From NCBI RefSeq assembly GCF_018977255.1, contig NW_024704742.1, forward strand, positions 133,860,001 to 133,924,000: a stretch of DNA of 64,000 nt, given 5' to 3'. The notes beneath the pieces were generated by a model, which saw only the letters and a list, made by a program, of their open reading frames with translations, was not told the DNA's origin and made no database searches. This DNA comes from Callorhinchus milii. Lineage: Eukaryota. The translations under genes and the position numbers were made by a program. This document shows, piece after piece, positions 63,901 through 64,000 of this stretch (position 1 is the first letter of the stretch; every line of letters starts with the position of its first letter).

Positions 63901-64000
63901 TATCCGTCATTCTGTCGCCAGGTACATCACTTTGGAGCAGTTCAGTTCTGAAGTAGACCCTAAAGCAACAAAATTGATAGGACCGTATCTCAAGGTGATT

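Overview
This is vertebrate genomic DNA, most likely from a cartilaginous fish and possibly a holocephalan. That assignment is inferred only from the repeat content: HER1-like CR1 LINEs, L2 LINEs, SacSINE1/Deu-type SINEs and a shark-type inverted-repeat Penelope remnant. The window reads as a large intron or gene desert. I found no intact host protein-coding gene, RNA gene, CRISPR array or prokaryotic system. The only ORFs with recognisable protein similarity are fragments of dead LINE reverse transcriptases (CR1 at ~2.8-4.5 kb; L2 at ~10.6-12.2 kb and ~30.4-31.75 kb, plus short CR1 ORF2 C-terminal remnants). Much of the window is retroposon debris. It is dominated by (A) a tRNA-Ala-headed SINE in long and short forms and (B) a Deu-domain SINE; both share a 3' stem-loop tail with the resident L2. 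The most notable observations are: a degenerate minimal hammerhead ribozyme in a Penelope-type inverted repeat; a pri-miRNA-shaped hairpin made from two tail-to-tail CR1 ends; a duplicated CTCF-motif module; a candidate 30-nt symmetric exon; two unclassified dispersed repeat families; a hAT MITE with TIRs and TSD; and several repeat-free islands that look like enhancers. Repeat boundaries were read by eye and are approximate. Family names come from recalled consensus features, not from a database search.
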